DNA from: Mytilus californianus
Lineage: Eukaryota
Reading direction: 5' to 3'
NCBI RefSeq assembly: GCF_021869535.1
Contig: NW_026262679.1
Location: 96,286,001 to 96,350,000 of the forward strand
Length of the DNA stretch: 64,000 nucleotides
The translations under genes and the position numbers were made by a program. Each line of letters opens with the position of its first letter. Position 1 is the first letter of the stretch. The notes beneath the pieces are model-generated. The model had not been told where the DNA came from and did no database searches. It saw nothing but the letters and a program-made list of their open reading frames with translations. This document shows positions 27,035-39,653 of this stretch, one piece after another.

Positions 27035-28223
27035 TTCAAGTATTATCTAATATTTTGGTAAATATTGTATAAAGATATATTTATATTTAACTTTATTGTA
27101 ATTTTTAAAAATTGTATGTACTGTAGAATATAAATGAATAACTGTGTAATAAAATATAATCTATATATGAATACATTTTTTTCACTTCTCATTGGTCTTT
27201 TTTTCCTTGTTTACGAATAAATGGTTCAATAAGCAGAGATACAGTTTGTCTAATTCACATAATGTTTTCCTTTGCCAAAAATATATGAATTAAAAAAAAA
27301 ATCGTAATAATGAAATGGACAATTGCCTTGTTGCGTTTTTAAATTACTAATATTTATCAATCAAGAAGCAAACTATCATTTTTCTTTTGGTCTGAACGAT
27401 CTCGACCTTATATATAGAAATTCTATTTTTATAAGCTACTGTTAACCATGTGTTTAATCGTTTTAATTAAATACAATATATGATTGTTTGCCAAACTTAA
27501 TGTATATCATTATCGTACCACATTAGGACATTTTGTGCAGATAAGGATATGATAAATATAAAGGCATATACATTATTGTATTTTTTCTTCTTAAAATAAT
27601 TCAAATTTTACATATTTGATGTAAAATAGACTTTTAAAAACTTGCATTTCATTGTTTATATTTATTAATATTATGTCTTTTGAGGGCATTGAAAATTTAT
27701 ACTTTTTATTACATGAATTTGTTGAGAATGGAAATGGGGAATGTGTCAAAGAGACAACAACCCGACCATAGAGCTGACAACAGCCGAAGGCCACCAATTG
27801 GTCTTCAATGCAGCGAGAAACTCCCGCACCCGGAGGCGTCCTTCAGCTGGCCCCTAAACAAATATGTATACTAGTTCAGTGATAATGGACGTCATACTAA
27901 ACTCCAAATTATACACAAGAAACTAAAATTATTAATGATACAAGACTAACAAAGGCCAGAGGCTCCTGACTTGGGACAGGCGCAAAAATGCGGCGGGGTT
28001 AAACATTTTTTTTGAGATCTCAACCCTCCCCCTATACCTCTAGTCAATGTAGAATAAAAAAAAGGTACAACAGTAAGCACAGTAAACCTCAGTTTAAGAG
28101 AAGTCCGAGTCCGATGTCAGAATAGGAAACAAAAGAAAATAAACACATAATACATAAATACAACAGACTACTAGCAGTTACTGACATGCCAGCTCCAGAC
28201 CTCAATTAAACTGATTGAAAGAT

Positions 28224-28310
28224 TATGTCTTCATCATATGAATATCAGGCACAATCCCTCCTGTTAGGGGTTTAGTATTATACCATCAAAAAATATATGA
28301 GAAGAACATA
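28224..28310 (-). promoter_or_regulatory. SECIS-like hairpin (form 2) 41 nt after the RT stop
   Basis: Minus strand: tatgttcttctcatat / atatgatgaagacata (helix I), TGAT..TGAT core, ggtataat/attgtgcc helix II, AAA, cct/agg mini-stem; the base before UGA is U rather than A. Confidence 0.65.
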
Positions 28311-28350
28311 ACCCGTGTCATGCCAACAACTGGTTTTAGAATAAATATGT

Positions 28351-29250
28351 TTAATTCCGACGCAAAGACCCTATAAGTGAATCAATATTAAAGCCAAAAT
28401 ATGCAATCTTTAATGACCTGACAACAGTATCGTAACTATATCCCTTCTTAATAAGTCTGTTTAAAGGTTTTGTTAGCTTTTGAGGTGAATACTGACATTT
28501 TTGTGCTTTGTAAAGAATATTACCATAAAATATTGGATGTGAAATACCCGAACGTATAAGATGTCTGCATGTTGAGTTATATTTACGAATGATGTCCTTA
28601 TACCGATGATAAAATTTAGTAAATGTTTTGACTAGTTTATGATATCGAAAACCCTGGTGTAATAATTTTTCAGTAATACATAAATTTCTTTCGCTAAAAT
28701 CTAATACGTTGTTACATACACGAGCGAATCGTACAAGTTGAGATATATAAACACCATAAGATGGTGACAAGGGAACGTCACCATCTAAAAATGGATAATT
28801 AACGATAGGAAATGAAAAATCATCTCTTTTATCATAATTTTTTGTATTAAGCTTCCCGTTAATGATATAGATATCAAGATCGAGGAAAGGACAGTGGTCA
28901 TTGTAAGTATTAGCTTTATTTAAAGTAAGTTCAACAGGATAAATTTCTTTAGTATACATACTGAAGTCGTCATTATTGAGAGCCAATATATCATCCAAAT
29001 ATCTAAAAGTATTGTTAAATTTTGTATCAGATGTTGTTTCGATGGATCTTTGCTGATTTTAGTCATAAATTGTAACTCATACCAATACAAAAACAGGTCC
29101 GCAATTAGTGGTGCACAGTTAGTCCCCATTGGAATTCCGATAACTTGACGATATACGGAATCTCCAAAGCGAACAAAAATGTTATCAAGTAAAAATTCAA
29201 AGGCAGATATAGTATCAAAGCATGTCCAATTGACATAGCTCTTTTGTTTG
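28351..29250 (-). pseudogene. Frameshifted reverse transcriptase fragment of the Penelope-like element
   Basis: ORFs 28920-29129 and 28351-28998 join by restoring one A at ~29020 (..HLIQKFNNTFRYLDD..); the 5' part of RT is missing. Confidence 0.85.
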
Positions 29251-29809
29251 TTGCTACTAAAAAATATATCTTATGTTTATGTCACTTAAAAGAAGAAAGA
29301 AAAAAACACTCAGAAATCAATTATCTGAACAAAACACACAAAACAAAAATAACATGGTCATAATTAGTTAGGCATCGTACAAGATCATTCCATCAATCAT
29401 TGTTGACCTCATTGTTTCAGTCTACGTCTTTGAGCTCGATTAAGCGGGAATTATGCTACAAAACATCTGTACATTACACATCTTCTTATATCTAATTACA
29501 GGCAATTTTGGTAAGCGTGGTGCATTCACATGATCGTGCAAGCTAATGCGTCCTTTTTTTTCTGCAATTGAATTGTACCTCCTTTGTGGGGGTATAATGG
29601 TAGACCTTTATCTACAAAAAAGGTTTTGTCACAAAATGTGTCATGTGACTTTAGAATGTCTATTTAGCAACATTCTTACAGAGCCTGCATACGGAGTATA
29701 TATATTTGCCATTTAATACGATATCCAAGAGCTTGTTTTTCCTATCATGATGTCCTTGATAGAGAATTGCTGTTAACAAAGAAGCTATTGAACCAATGGT
29801 TCCTAGTGG

Positions 29810-30000
29810 TAAAAAATATACCAAAAATACCGAACTCCAAGGTAAATTCAAAAAGGGAGGAGTCCATAAAAACTGACAAAATCACATGTTATCAACCAAA
29901 ACAAATGTCATATTCCTGACTTGATACAGACATTTTCAGAAGAAAATGGTGGTTTAAAACATGGTTTTACATCTAGCTAACCTCCCACTTGTATAACATT
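29810..30000 (-). mobile_element. Fragment of dispersed non-autonomous repeat (family of 34270-34610)
   Basis: aaaaataccgaactccaag..gtcatattcctgacttg..tacag is the reverse complement of blocks in 34400-34600. Confidence 0.6.
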
Positions 30001-30029
30001 TACATTTACAAAATTGGGTGAGCAACCCA

Positions 30030-30440
30030 AACAGACATGATAGATTAATGTAACAATGATTGGGAATCAGCAAACAAAACTGTGTAAACATACATCACAG
30101 ACATACAACACAACTGGCTAAAAAATTAAACAAACATATAAATAAATCTAACAAAGACGTCAAATAAAAACTTTATGTTGTTGATAGTATAATAACAAAG
30201 ACGCCGATAAAAACATTCTGTAGTTGATAGGACATACCATTTATAGTATACACTTTCTCGATAAAGCATTAGTTAAGTAGGTAAACAAAATTTAAACAAC
30301 ACCATAAAACCCTCTTGCGTTCGAATCGCACCCAAATCCACCAGGAACGCTTAAAGTAAACAAATGATAGCGGGATGCATATGTAACCTGTCACGTCAAA
30401 AGTCATACGACAAAAAAAACATTATAGCACGAAGACAAAT
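30030..30440 (-). mobile_element. Penelope-like 3' tail, inverted copy of 31855-32260
   Basis: Reverse-complement matches: gtcacgtcaaaagtcatacgac / gtcgtatgactttgacgtgac, and aatctaacaaagacg / cgtctttgttagatt. Confidence 0.65.
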
Positions 30441-30804
30441 AAAAGTAAAGTTGAAGTCATTACTGCGAATGTATTGAGGGCGCCACCATGATATGATTGG
30501 TCTTTATTGAATTTATATGTCACAGATGGCCCCGGATATGTTCCAATATTCGTAGCCATTCTCCTGTCCTCTTTTTCTCGATTGTATTATAATAGAATTA
30601 TCTCGAATTTGTACTTACTATTAGCAACAGGACGAAAGCCACATGTAGAGCGGGATCTGTCTCGGATTCATTAGAGAGTGGTCTAATTGCAAATAATCAG
30701 AATATTCAAGTGCAGTCATTGAACAGCTGTACCCGGATGTCAAGATACAACCGTCGTTTGCCTATTCAAATTGTTGAAATAACATTGATGGTACCAATTG
30801 TACT

Positions 30805-30848
30805 GCACCAGATGCACCTTTCGACAAATGTTGTCTCTTCAGTGATAC
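30805..30848 (-). ncRNA. Slightly degenerate type I hammerhead motif
   Basis: Minus strand: gtatca CTGAAGA gacaa-cat-ttgtc GAAA g gtgc a TC tggtgc; stems I and II pair, the second pair of stem III is G-A. Confidence 0.55.
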
Positions 30849-31554
30849 TCGAAGCTAAAATATTACTACTTTTAAATGTTAAACAATTGAACATCTATTG
30901 TTTTTAGTAGATTCTGATAGCCGAGTTCATCACACCATTTAAAAAGATTATCATTCCCTGTTCTTTTCAAAGATAGAAGTATAAACTGATGAAGAAGTCA
31001 TCAAAGCAAATAATTTGAATACACTGAAATCAACATTAATGTAGTGTACTATAGATTTCCAATAAAATGACATACGTACGTAACTCGACGAACGTACTTA
31101 ATGGGAACGGTTAATGTCAACCTTTTCATTTTGTTAAGTATGTCGCGCAAGTTTAAACAAAGGATTCCAAGACTTTTAAAATCAGACACTGGAATTTTCG
31201 CCCATATTAAATACTTTAATTAAGCTGTTTAATCATTAATCTTGAAATTTTTGTTGTTGAATGAAGTTTGATACCAATCAACATGATATTCTCCTCTAAA
31301 TAAAGGATGTTTGTCACATATGTATTAATTTTGAACCTAGTGTAGCCTTTCAGAGTATTGTTTGATATGTTTGTTTGGTGGTTTATATACAAATACAACT
31401 GTAGAATGATCGCTGGTGTCCGGATAGCTGATATTTTCAATTCCATTGAAAGATGCATTGAAAAGAAAGTCTAGACAAAATTCCTTTTTTTTTATATCAT
31501 GCTATGAGGCGGTCTTCTTTACTCATCGAACACAGAGTAGTGTGTTGATTGGTA

Positions 31555-32260
31555 GAAATATATCAACTAATACGATATTCAAGTGCTTGCAGCTGCTACT
31601 CAGGCTTTGTGAAACGTCATCGGTGTCTGAGCAAAAAATCAATGAGCCAGAATTTTGTGAAAGAACGTCTCGTCTTTTTTCTCAAAAAGTTAATCGGAAA
31701 GTACCAGGACCTTACAGATTAATTTTTAGTGTCTACTTCACAAATGATACAACATGGTCTTGAGTTATAGATTATGGATCCTCCTGAAATAATGTATCTT
31801 TTTATTTACTTTACAGTTTCCCTTTTATTTGTTTTCATGCTATGCTGCTTCTTTTGGTCGTATGACTTTGACGTGACTCGGTATTTATGCATCCCGCTAT
31901 CATATTTTTGACTTTGTGCGTTCCTGGTGCAGTTGGGTCCTGAGGTGCAATTCAGATGCAAGAGGTTGTTAGTGTTGTTTCCATTTTGTTTACCTTTGTT
32001 CTTATATTTTACTTATTTGAACTTTATCGAGAAAGTGTATACTATATAGGGTTTGTACGATCAACTTCATAAACTTTTTTATCGGCGTCTTTGTCTATTA
32101 ACCATCAGCTACAAAATGTCTTGTTGGCGTCTTTGTTAGATTTGTTTGTTTGGATTTTTTAGTCAGTTGTGTTGTATGTCTATGATGTATGTTTATACAG
32201 TTTTTGCTGCTGGATCCAGATTATTGTCACATTAACCTATTTTGTCTGTTTGGCTGAAGC
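31555..32260 (+). mobile_element. Degenerate Penelope-like RT C-terminus plus 3' tail
   Basis: An alternative frame gives QLIRYSSACSCYSGFVKRHRCLSKKSMSQNFVKERLVFFLKKLIGKYQDLTD, matching the RT thumb motif SQL(I/V)R(Y/F)ARxC. Confidence 0.7.
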
Positions 32261-34089
32261 AGATATACACATGACGGGTGAATTCCTTTGAGGCAGTGAA
32301 GATGAAGATACTCATATATTTTTTCATCATAACCAAATACCGCCTTGTATGGAAAAACCCATTATAAAGAGGGAAATCCGTTTAGCTATGAAGGATGTAT
32401 AAATTCGCATTCTTTCTGAAAGGAAGCATTCATGTAGATATGATGCTGCATGTAAGGAAAATGTAATACACACTCTCTGACCGTTCTGTATATGGCCTGT
32501 TGGAAGGCATTTTTTGTCTCTATCCAACAAATCCTAATTCCAAGCGACAGTCGAAATTTCTGTCCTTTTTTCGGATCAATCCATTGCAGAACTTACCTAT
32601 TTTGGTTATTATCAATATGTTCTCGTCTTAAATATACATGAAATATTTACTACTGAATTCAAGCAATCAGCGATCATGCAACCAATAAAAAACATTCATG
32701 TTTTTTCTCTGCTTCATATTACACATTATGTTTTGAATATAGATTTTCAAAAAAACATATTTGTAAATTGTAGGTTGCACAATTCTGTAACTATAGACAA
32801 TTCAAGGTCCCATGGGAACTTCTTTAACGGCATAAACTATGCCACTGGTACTATGACGTTTCGTAAAAAAATAAATTATCAAATGGAAAGATCACATGCA
32901 CTACTTTTTTTACAAAGGTCAAAATAAAGGGTTGTGCGGCATATTTTCAACATTTATATGCCTCAGACTTGTAAGAGTTTAAACCTACACTTAAGTTCTG
33001 TACTACCCATCCCCCTACTTTGAGTCTTCCTGTGAATTCAACATAATCACTATCAAATTGCATTTATACTGGTAAAATTCCCAAGTTGTGTATATGAAAT
33101 ATGGAGATCATATCTGATAGCCGGTAAATAAACAAAACAAAGTATCTATGAACATCAAATATCTCCCCGAAAGATGAGTTCTTTGTGAATCAGCAACACA
33201 GCGCAACATGTAATAACAATTAGTCGTTCTGCTATCATGACAAGGAGAATCATAAAATTGTTATCTGAAATACAGAGTGAGGACAAACTGAACGTAGTTT
33301 CACTAAACAGAACCGATTATAGACATACAGACTTTTCAAGTTGGTTTTTGAAGAAAAAACTTTATTTTACCGATTAATTAGTTATTTCCTTTGCAACATA
33401 TTGTGTTTTTTTGTCTTATGTGTCACAATTATATAATGATTTTTCTTTACAAATTACCTGAAACTGAACAGGTAGTTTGTTGAATTCTTTTATTTATAAT
33501 TTTAGTCATTTTACAAATGACTAGGTATTTTTAGTCATTTTATATAATGCCCTTCAATGTTAGGCATTTTATAAATTGCCTAAATTTTGAAAATGCCTCC
33601 TGTAAAATATTAATTTGAATTGTTTTTGTTTATATGGTGTGAACATAGCCTACTAATTTCATATTGACATATGTATGATTTTTTATTTGTTCTCGTAAAT
33701 GAGCAAGCTAGTGTAGGCTAATCGAAAAAATAATGTATTAAATTTACATGGTGATTTATAAATAGGTCTACATCGGCTTTACCCAAGGTGTCTTACTTCC
33801 AAAGAAAAATAGTCTTAGCTTGGCAGATCACAATATGAATTGACAGGTGTGAATTTGCGGTTATCTTCCCTACCCGTTATAATAGCTTTTTGATATAGAT
33901 CCCAATTGTGTACAATCTTTTTGTGATTGCTTGTTCTCTCTATGTAGCTGATTAGTAATGTTTGGTTTATCAAGTTAAACCACGGTAAACTACTAGAATT
34001 CTAAGATAAGAATGGTAGTTTTACTTTTATAGTCCTTAATGCTCTTCAACTTCGTACTTTTTTTGGCCTTTTGACAATAAGGATTCGAT

Positions 34090-34132
34090 CGTCACTGATG
34101 GGTCTTTTGTAGACGAAACGCGCTTCTGGCGT
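34090..34132 (+). ncRNA. Degenerate type I hammerhead motif (family of 58499-58542)
   Basis: cgtca CTGATGG gtct-tttgt-agac GAAA cgcgct TC tggcgt; core A9 and one stem III pair are mutated; flanks share aatgctcttcaactt.gtactt with 58450. Confidence 0.6.
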
Positions 34133-34269
34133 ACTAGGTATTTATACATTCCACCTTTGTGTTATTGTGCTATGGTCATTTTTGTATTCTTATCTTTCAT
34201 TTTTGTTTATGTACTTTGTCTATAGAGTGTCTATATACCATTTTGTTTTTCTTTGTTTAAATAGTTATT

Positions 34270-34610
34270 TGTATTAAAGTGATTAAGATTATAACACAAT
34301 GTTGACTGCTGTACCCTAACTTTTGACATTTTTACCTTTTATGTCTGTTTGTTTTGCTCACTCATTGTTGTCAATATAATGGAATGCTATATGACTGTGA
34401 TACAAGTGAGAGGTTTAGGTAGCTATTAAACCATGTTTTATGCACCATTTTCTATATAAGGAAATGCCTGTACCAAGTCAGGAATATGACAGTTGTTTTC
34501 CATTCGTTTGATGTGTTTGAGCTTTTGATTTTGCCATTTGATAAGGGACATTCCGTTTTTAATTTTACTTGGAGTTCGGTATTTTTGTTGTTTTACTTTT
34601 TGCAAACATT
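34270..34610 (+). mobile_element. Dispersed non-autonomous repeat (Helentron/HINE-like, class uncertain)
   Basis: cctgtaccaagtcaggaatatgacagttg..gccatttgataagggac..ggagttcggtattttt; related copies at 29810-30000 (-), 49440-49800 (+), 50255-50360 (-). Confidence 0.5.
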
Positions 34611-35675
34611 TGGACTTAAAGCAAAACATTTGAAATATTTTCCAAAAAGATGGCACTGTCCTTTTTAACAGAACATTCTTAAGATATATGGCAAGATGGC
34701 ATACATGCCCTTCCGTTTTCCCCATATACTCAAGTTTTATGCGGCCCAATCTACCTGATACAACACTAACTTTTTTAACAAACCTGATTTTAGATATTAA
34801 AGAACTAATATATTTACAGATAGTTCTTAAAAGTGCCATTTGTCCATGGTCATTACTAAATAACGTCTTTTGGTATTCCAGTCATGCATTGTAGCTCTTG
34901 ACATGCTGCCCCTGACATATTATTGTGACGACTGAATCAGATAAAGTATGCTATTAAAAGTATTAGAGCATGTGTTATCAACGAAAGAAGAAAAAAGGAG
35001 GTCAATAAGCTACAAGAAAGGATCCTTCATTGGAGGTTAACTTATCTACGAATTCAAACAGCCCGAATAATGTTTCCGTTATGTCGTAAGTGGAATGAGC
35101 TTCAACTGCATCGATAATAATCGTGTACAGAATCATTTCCTGAATGCTGAGATATTTGTAAATCGTTTTCGGGGTTTGGTAATGTAGTAACAAATGCATT
35201 GTGAGAACTTTGTTGATAAATGTAAGGTAAAACGCACATCTGGTGTACAAAGTTATATGCCCAGTATCTTTGATGAGTTTTTACATCTAAACATTATAAT
35301 CAGGGTTGTAAAATCAGAATGTTAAATAACACATAACGATATTCAACATGCTACGAATCAAAATACGCTTTCACACATTCAGGGTTACATAACCTTGTTT
35401 CCGATTTAGATACCTCTTACACATCGTACAGACCTATATATTGATATCATTTATATTTTTAAACATCTGTTTAAGGCGAATTTGGCGACTAAATCATAAA
35501 CGATATCTACTTCATACAAAAACTTTTCCCAACGTCAAGGAAAAAAACATGCATGATATTGATATTAGATCGTGTCACTCGTGACCACTAAATAAAACAA
35601 AAAAGAAAAAAAGAAAAGAGGCATTAACTATCAAACCATGAAAGATATTCAGTTTTATTTATTGCCGAGCTGAAA

Positions 35676-35706
<31 letters not shown>

Positions 35707-38504
35707 CTTTTCATTTATTTCAAAGCTTATTTTTAAACGTCCTTAAGAATCGGTGGTGGACAACTACTTCCATGTCCTGTTATTATGTAAATTGCACCAA
35801 ACAAACACTTCCTATTATTTTTACACAATGTCAGGTAAAAATTTATAAAGGTGTGATTTTTAATACGTAATAAGATATGTGGCTTGATTTCCTAGTTATA
35901 TGCAAAATATTTTAGAATATAAACCAATAAGGACTTCTTGTTTATTCAAATTTGAATGAATAAAGTCCAAGATAATTTACTCAGCAAGCGGGATTATACC
36001 TTTATCCTCTACGACTTTTCATTAAATGTCATATACTCCTTCAAGTACATATCCTATAGACCATTTACCCATTTATATCAATAACGGTCCAATGTGTGTG
36101 AAATAGTAGAAATGAAGGGATTCTTTTCCCTTTTGCAAAACAGGCTGATTGAATGACACTAACATTAAAACAAAATGACAGGAACCACTTTATAGAACCA
36201 GGAGTGCTCCTGAATGTGATAGACATTTCTAAATTCATCAATGGCATCCTGTGTATGCTTCATAACAATTACAAATCGGCTGCAAATCTCTGTCTACTCT
36301 TTTTGGAATCATATTGGTTAAGTAAATTATCCTGCAGTATAGTTGTTTACAAATAGTAAACGAAACATATTCAAAAGAACAAAATACATCCACAATTTAT
36401 TTCTTCGATGGCTTTTCTATGAAAAGGGAAATAGCTCTACGGAATAACATAACTCTTTTTAAAGAAACATATATCCCAAGAGAAAGAGCTTTAACCAATT
36501 TTCCAAAAAAATGATATAGATTTTAAGGGAAAATGAAAATTCCACCCTACCTAAAGAGGCCATTCAAAACATTCATATAAACAACTTGGGTTTTACTGTA
36601 CAATTTTCCATCTTTCACATACTTTAACGGTTAATGCCAGAAACAATCCTTACTTCTATTTCTTCGATTAAAATACTATAGTACCGGAAAATGTCTTTAA
36701 CGAACAGTTTAACTTTCGACATAATGATAATGTGACGTTTTGTTATCGCTACAATGAAGAAACTTTATGTGAGATAAAAGTAATAAAACTTTTCCTAAGA
36801 CTTTTAAAACAAGCCAAATTTATCACATTCATTTGAAGGATTATTTATAAACAAAAGTAAAAATACTTATTGATTGACACCGTATTGGAAGTTTCGCTTT
36901 AAATTGTTGAAAGAATAATCTGCTTTTCCACGGTAAAAATGTCATGAAACCTTAGAAAAAACACATCATCCTCCTTATATAACGTTGATATAATAAGTGA
37001 CTTGTATTTTTCATACTACTAGTATTATAAAACTATCCCAAGCTTTCATTTGTTTCTTGGTTCATGCAAATACAATAGTTTTTTTACTGGAAAATTCAGT
37101 ATTGTCGGTAAAGTGGGATACAATTACCTTGAACATTTTGCTGAAAATGATATTTGTTGACGGTATATGAATCAGATAATTCATATTTTAAGATGTTTCT
37201 TGTCGTATAACATATTTTTGGATGTCAATACTGCCCAATGAAAGACCCTACGGTCGGTCTATCATTTGATCAATCCTGACACCTTTCGGTATGTTATATG
37301 ACAAGAAAAACCTTAAAATATGCATTATTTTTAACTTGACATGTTGGATATAAAACAGTATATCAAGACATTAAAAATATAATGGAAAAGAAGTTGTTTG
37401 AAATTTATTATATTTATGATAAATAACGAATTTTATAAGGAAAGTTAAATCACATAAATAGCTTCACGTAGTTCGACAACATGAATTACAAACTTCAGCA
37501 GAATTGTTTTATGCTTAGACAGAACTCAAATTTAAAGTGAAATAAAAATTTAAACCGAACAAAAAAACATTTTTAAAATACAATCGCAAAAACTGAAAAT
37601 TCATTTGAAAATACAGAATGCATAATCTAGATGCACACAAAAACCATTAAAAAAAGAATTTCTTATTCTTAACAGGTTGCATAACTATGCTGAACAACAA
37701 AACCTAAATAATTGTAATGTTATCAACAATAATAAATTCCCGACACCTCATAGTAAGTTTTGATCTTTTCGTTCCATTTCAGGCTACGTTCTATTTCAAT
37801 AATTATAAAATAAAGTAATAAAGAGCATGCATTATTATTGATATTAGACCGTGTCAACCGCGAACAACTACATGCACAAATACAAATAAATAAAAGATGC
37901 ATGATCAAACTCAAATTGAGAGATAATCACTTTTATTGATGTGCGTGCTAAAGTACATTTTCACTATTAAATCTGATTTATAAAAGTCCTCAAGAATCGG
38001 ATGCAGAGCATTTATATTGAAACTACTTCAATACCCACATACTATGTAAATCATTACAAACAAATAGTTCCTCTTATTCATTCACAAATTGAGGTCAAAA
38101 TTTATAAAGATGTGATGTTTAACTTAATCGAAAGAAATGCTATGTAAATCATTACATACAAATATTTCCTCTTATTCATCCACAATGTCAGGTCAAAATT
38201 TATAAGGTGTGATGTTTCACTACGCCAAAAGAAATGTGGTTTGATTTCTTAGATATTTGCAAAATGTATTATAGGGTAAAAAAGAAAATCTTTTTTTATC
38301 TTGAAATAGCAAGGTTATTATTTTGAAATATTTTCTAAAGTAATGAATTAAATATAAAGTTTTATTTGAAAATTCATGAACAAATATTTCAGTATCTAGT
38401 TAAAAAATTGAAGAACGAAAAACAAATAAATAAACAAACAACAACAAAAAACCATAAAAAAAAAAGCAAAGAAGACAAAATTCTACATAGAAGTGGAGGT
38501 CTAT

Positions 38505-39046
38505 ATATATATATGTATATATACAACTCGTCTAAACATCAGCCCAACAATGTTAGATCTGTAAATTTGCTGTCGCAAATTCTATGTTCTTCCCTCGCCG
38601 GGATTCGAACTCATGATACTGAGATATCGTGACACCAAATCGCCTGCACTGTATCCGACGCGCTAGACCACACGACCACCTAGGCTTCACAAAATAAAGC
38701 TTTCGGTGGCCGGGTGTTACCTTTTCTCGTCAGTTTTAACCTAGCGTCGTAATACAGTACATGATATATAAGACATGAAGATGGAATTGTTACAGATCAG
38801 CTGAAATATCTATTGTAAAGGATCCTACAAATTAATGCAAGATACAGTCACAGAAATAATTATATTTATAAGTACGTCTGAACCAGTGACAACTCTACAA
38901 CAGATTTATCCATCGGATCACCAGCAGTGATGGTGATACATGGCTGTGTACATTCTGTATATACAACTCGTCTAAACATCAGCCCAACAATGTAAGATCT
39001 GTAAATTTGCTTTCGCAAATTTTTTGTTCTTCCCTCGCCAGGATTC
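38505..39046 (-). mobile_element. ~1.25 tandem units (period 440 bp) of a repeat with tRNA-derived head, inserted upstream of CK2
   Basis: atacaactcgtctaaacatcagcccaacaatg at 38521 and 38961; minus-strand A-box/B-box (ggtggtcgtgtgg..gagttcgaatccc); absent from the paralogous segments near 55140 and 62750. Confidence 0.75.
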
Positions 39047-39653
39047 AATACATATATAAGTTAATTACAAACATACATTTAAACTTATATGCAAAACTCA
39101 CAACCAAGCAACCAGTTAATCATCAATGACCTTCCAAAACAACTGAAAATTGTGAGTTTCTTTATTTTCGAATAAAAATTTCAAATCAGTTTCAATTCTT
39201 TTCTGCTGATTATTCAGCCTGACAAGTTTGTGGCGAACACGTGTTGAAGTGATACATACTTTAAATCATCTAACAGTTACTTTCCAAAACTTTAATTGAG
39301 TAATAACACAGTAATGTTCGTGAATAGGAGTTTCTTGCATGTTTTGGTGACGATATAATGACATGGAAGAATCAACATATTATGTTTTAAACGTATCTTC
39401 AATTACAAGAACCTTTATTTACATATAATATTTAGTAACTGCTGACGTGCAATTGTTGTTTTTAAAAGTGACAAGCTGTATCGGCTCTTTTACCAATTTA
39501 ACTTTTAGTTGGGTAGATTATTAAGATCAAACAGTAGTTCACTTATTTCTAATCTCATTAATGCATTCAGAAATATAAATCAAGGTAAAAACAAAACGTA
39601 AATGAATCGTATGCATTCCTTAAGGAGTGAGATTGGACAGTCCCTGAATAGTA

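Larger units (their letters stand above)
27718..29280 (-). mobile_element. 5'-truncated Penelope-like retroelement (RT with no downstream GIY-YIG; Naiad-like)
   Basis: RT motifs FVRFGDSVYRQVIGIPMGTNCAPLIADLFLY, RYLDDILALNN, CPFLDLDI, YDKRDDFSFPIVNYPFL, SYGVYISQLVRFARVC; ~630-bp 3' UTR shared with 20195-20725. Confidence 0.9.

Noticed and set aside
31446-31763. 105-aa ORF
   Set aside because: Off-frame reading of a decayed Penelope-like RT; the meaningful peptide is in another frame.
32290-32595. Minus-strand frame beginning VLQWIDPKKGQKFRL, reminiscent of IRF/ETS DNA-binding domains
   Set aside because: Only a short motif. Downstream conserved Trp positions do not follow, two stops interrupt the frame, and there is no suitable acceptor.
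34438-34839. 133-aa ORF and other short ORFs over repeats (4769, 8371, 20203, 27680, 23700, 39854)
   Set aside because: They overlap multi-copy non-coding repeat tails; frames are not maintained between copies.
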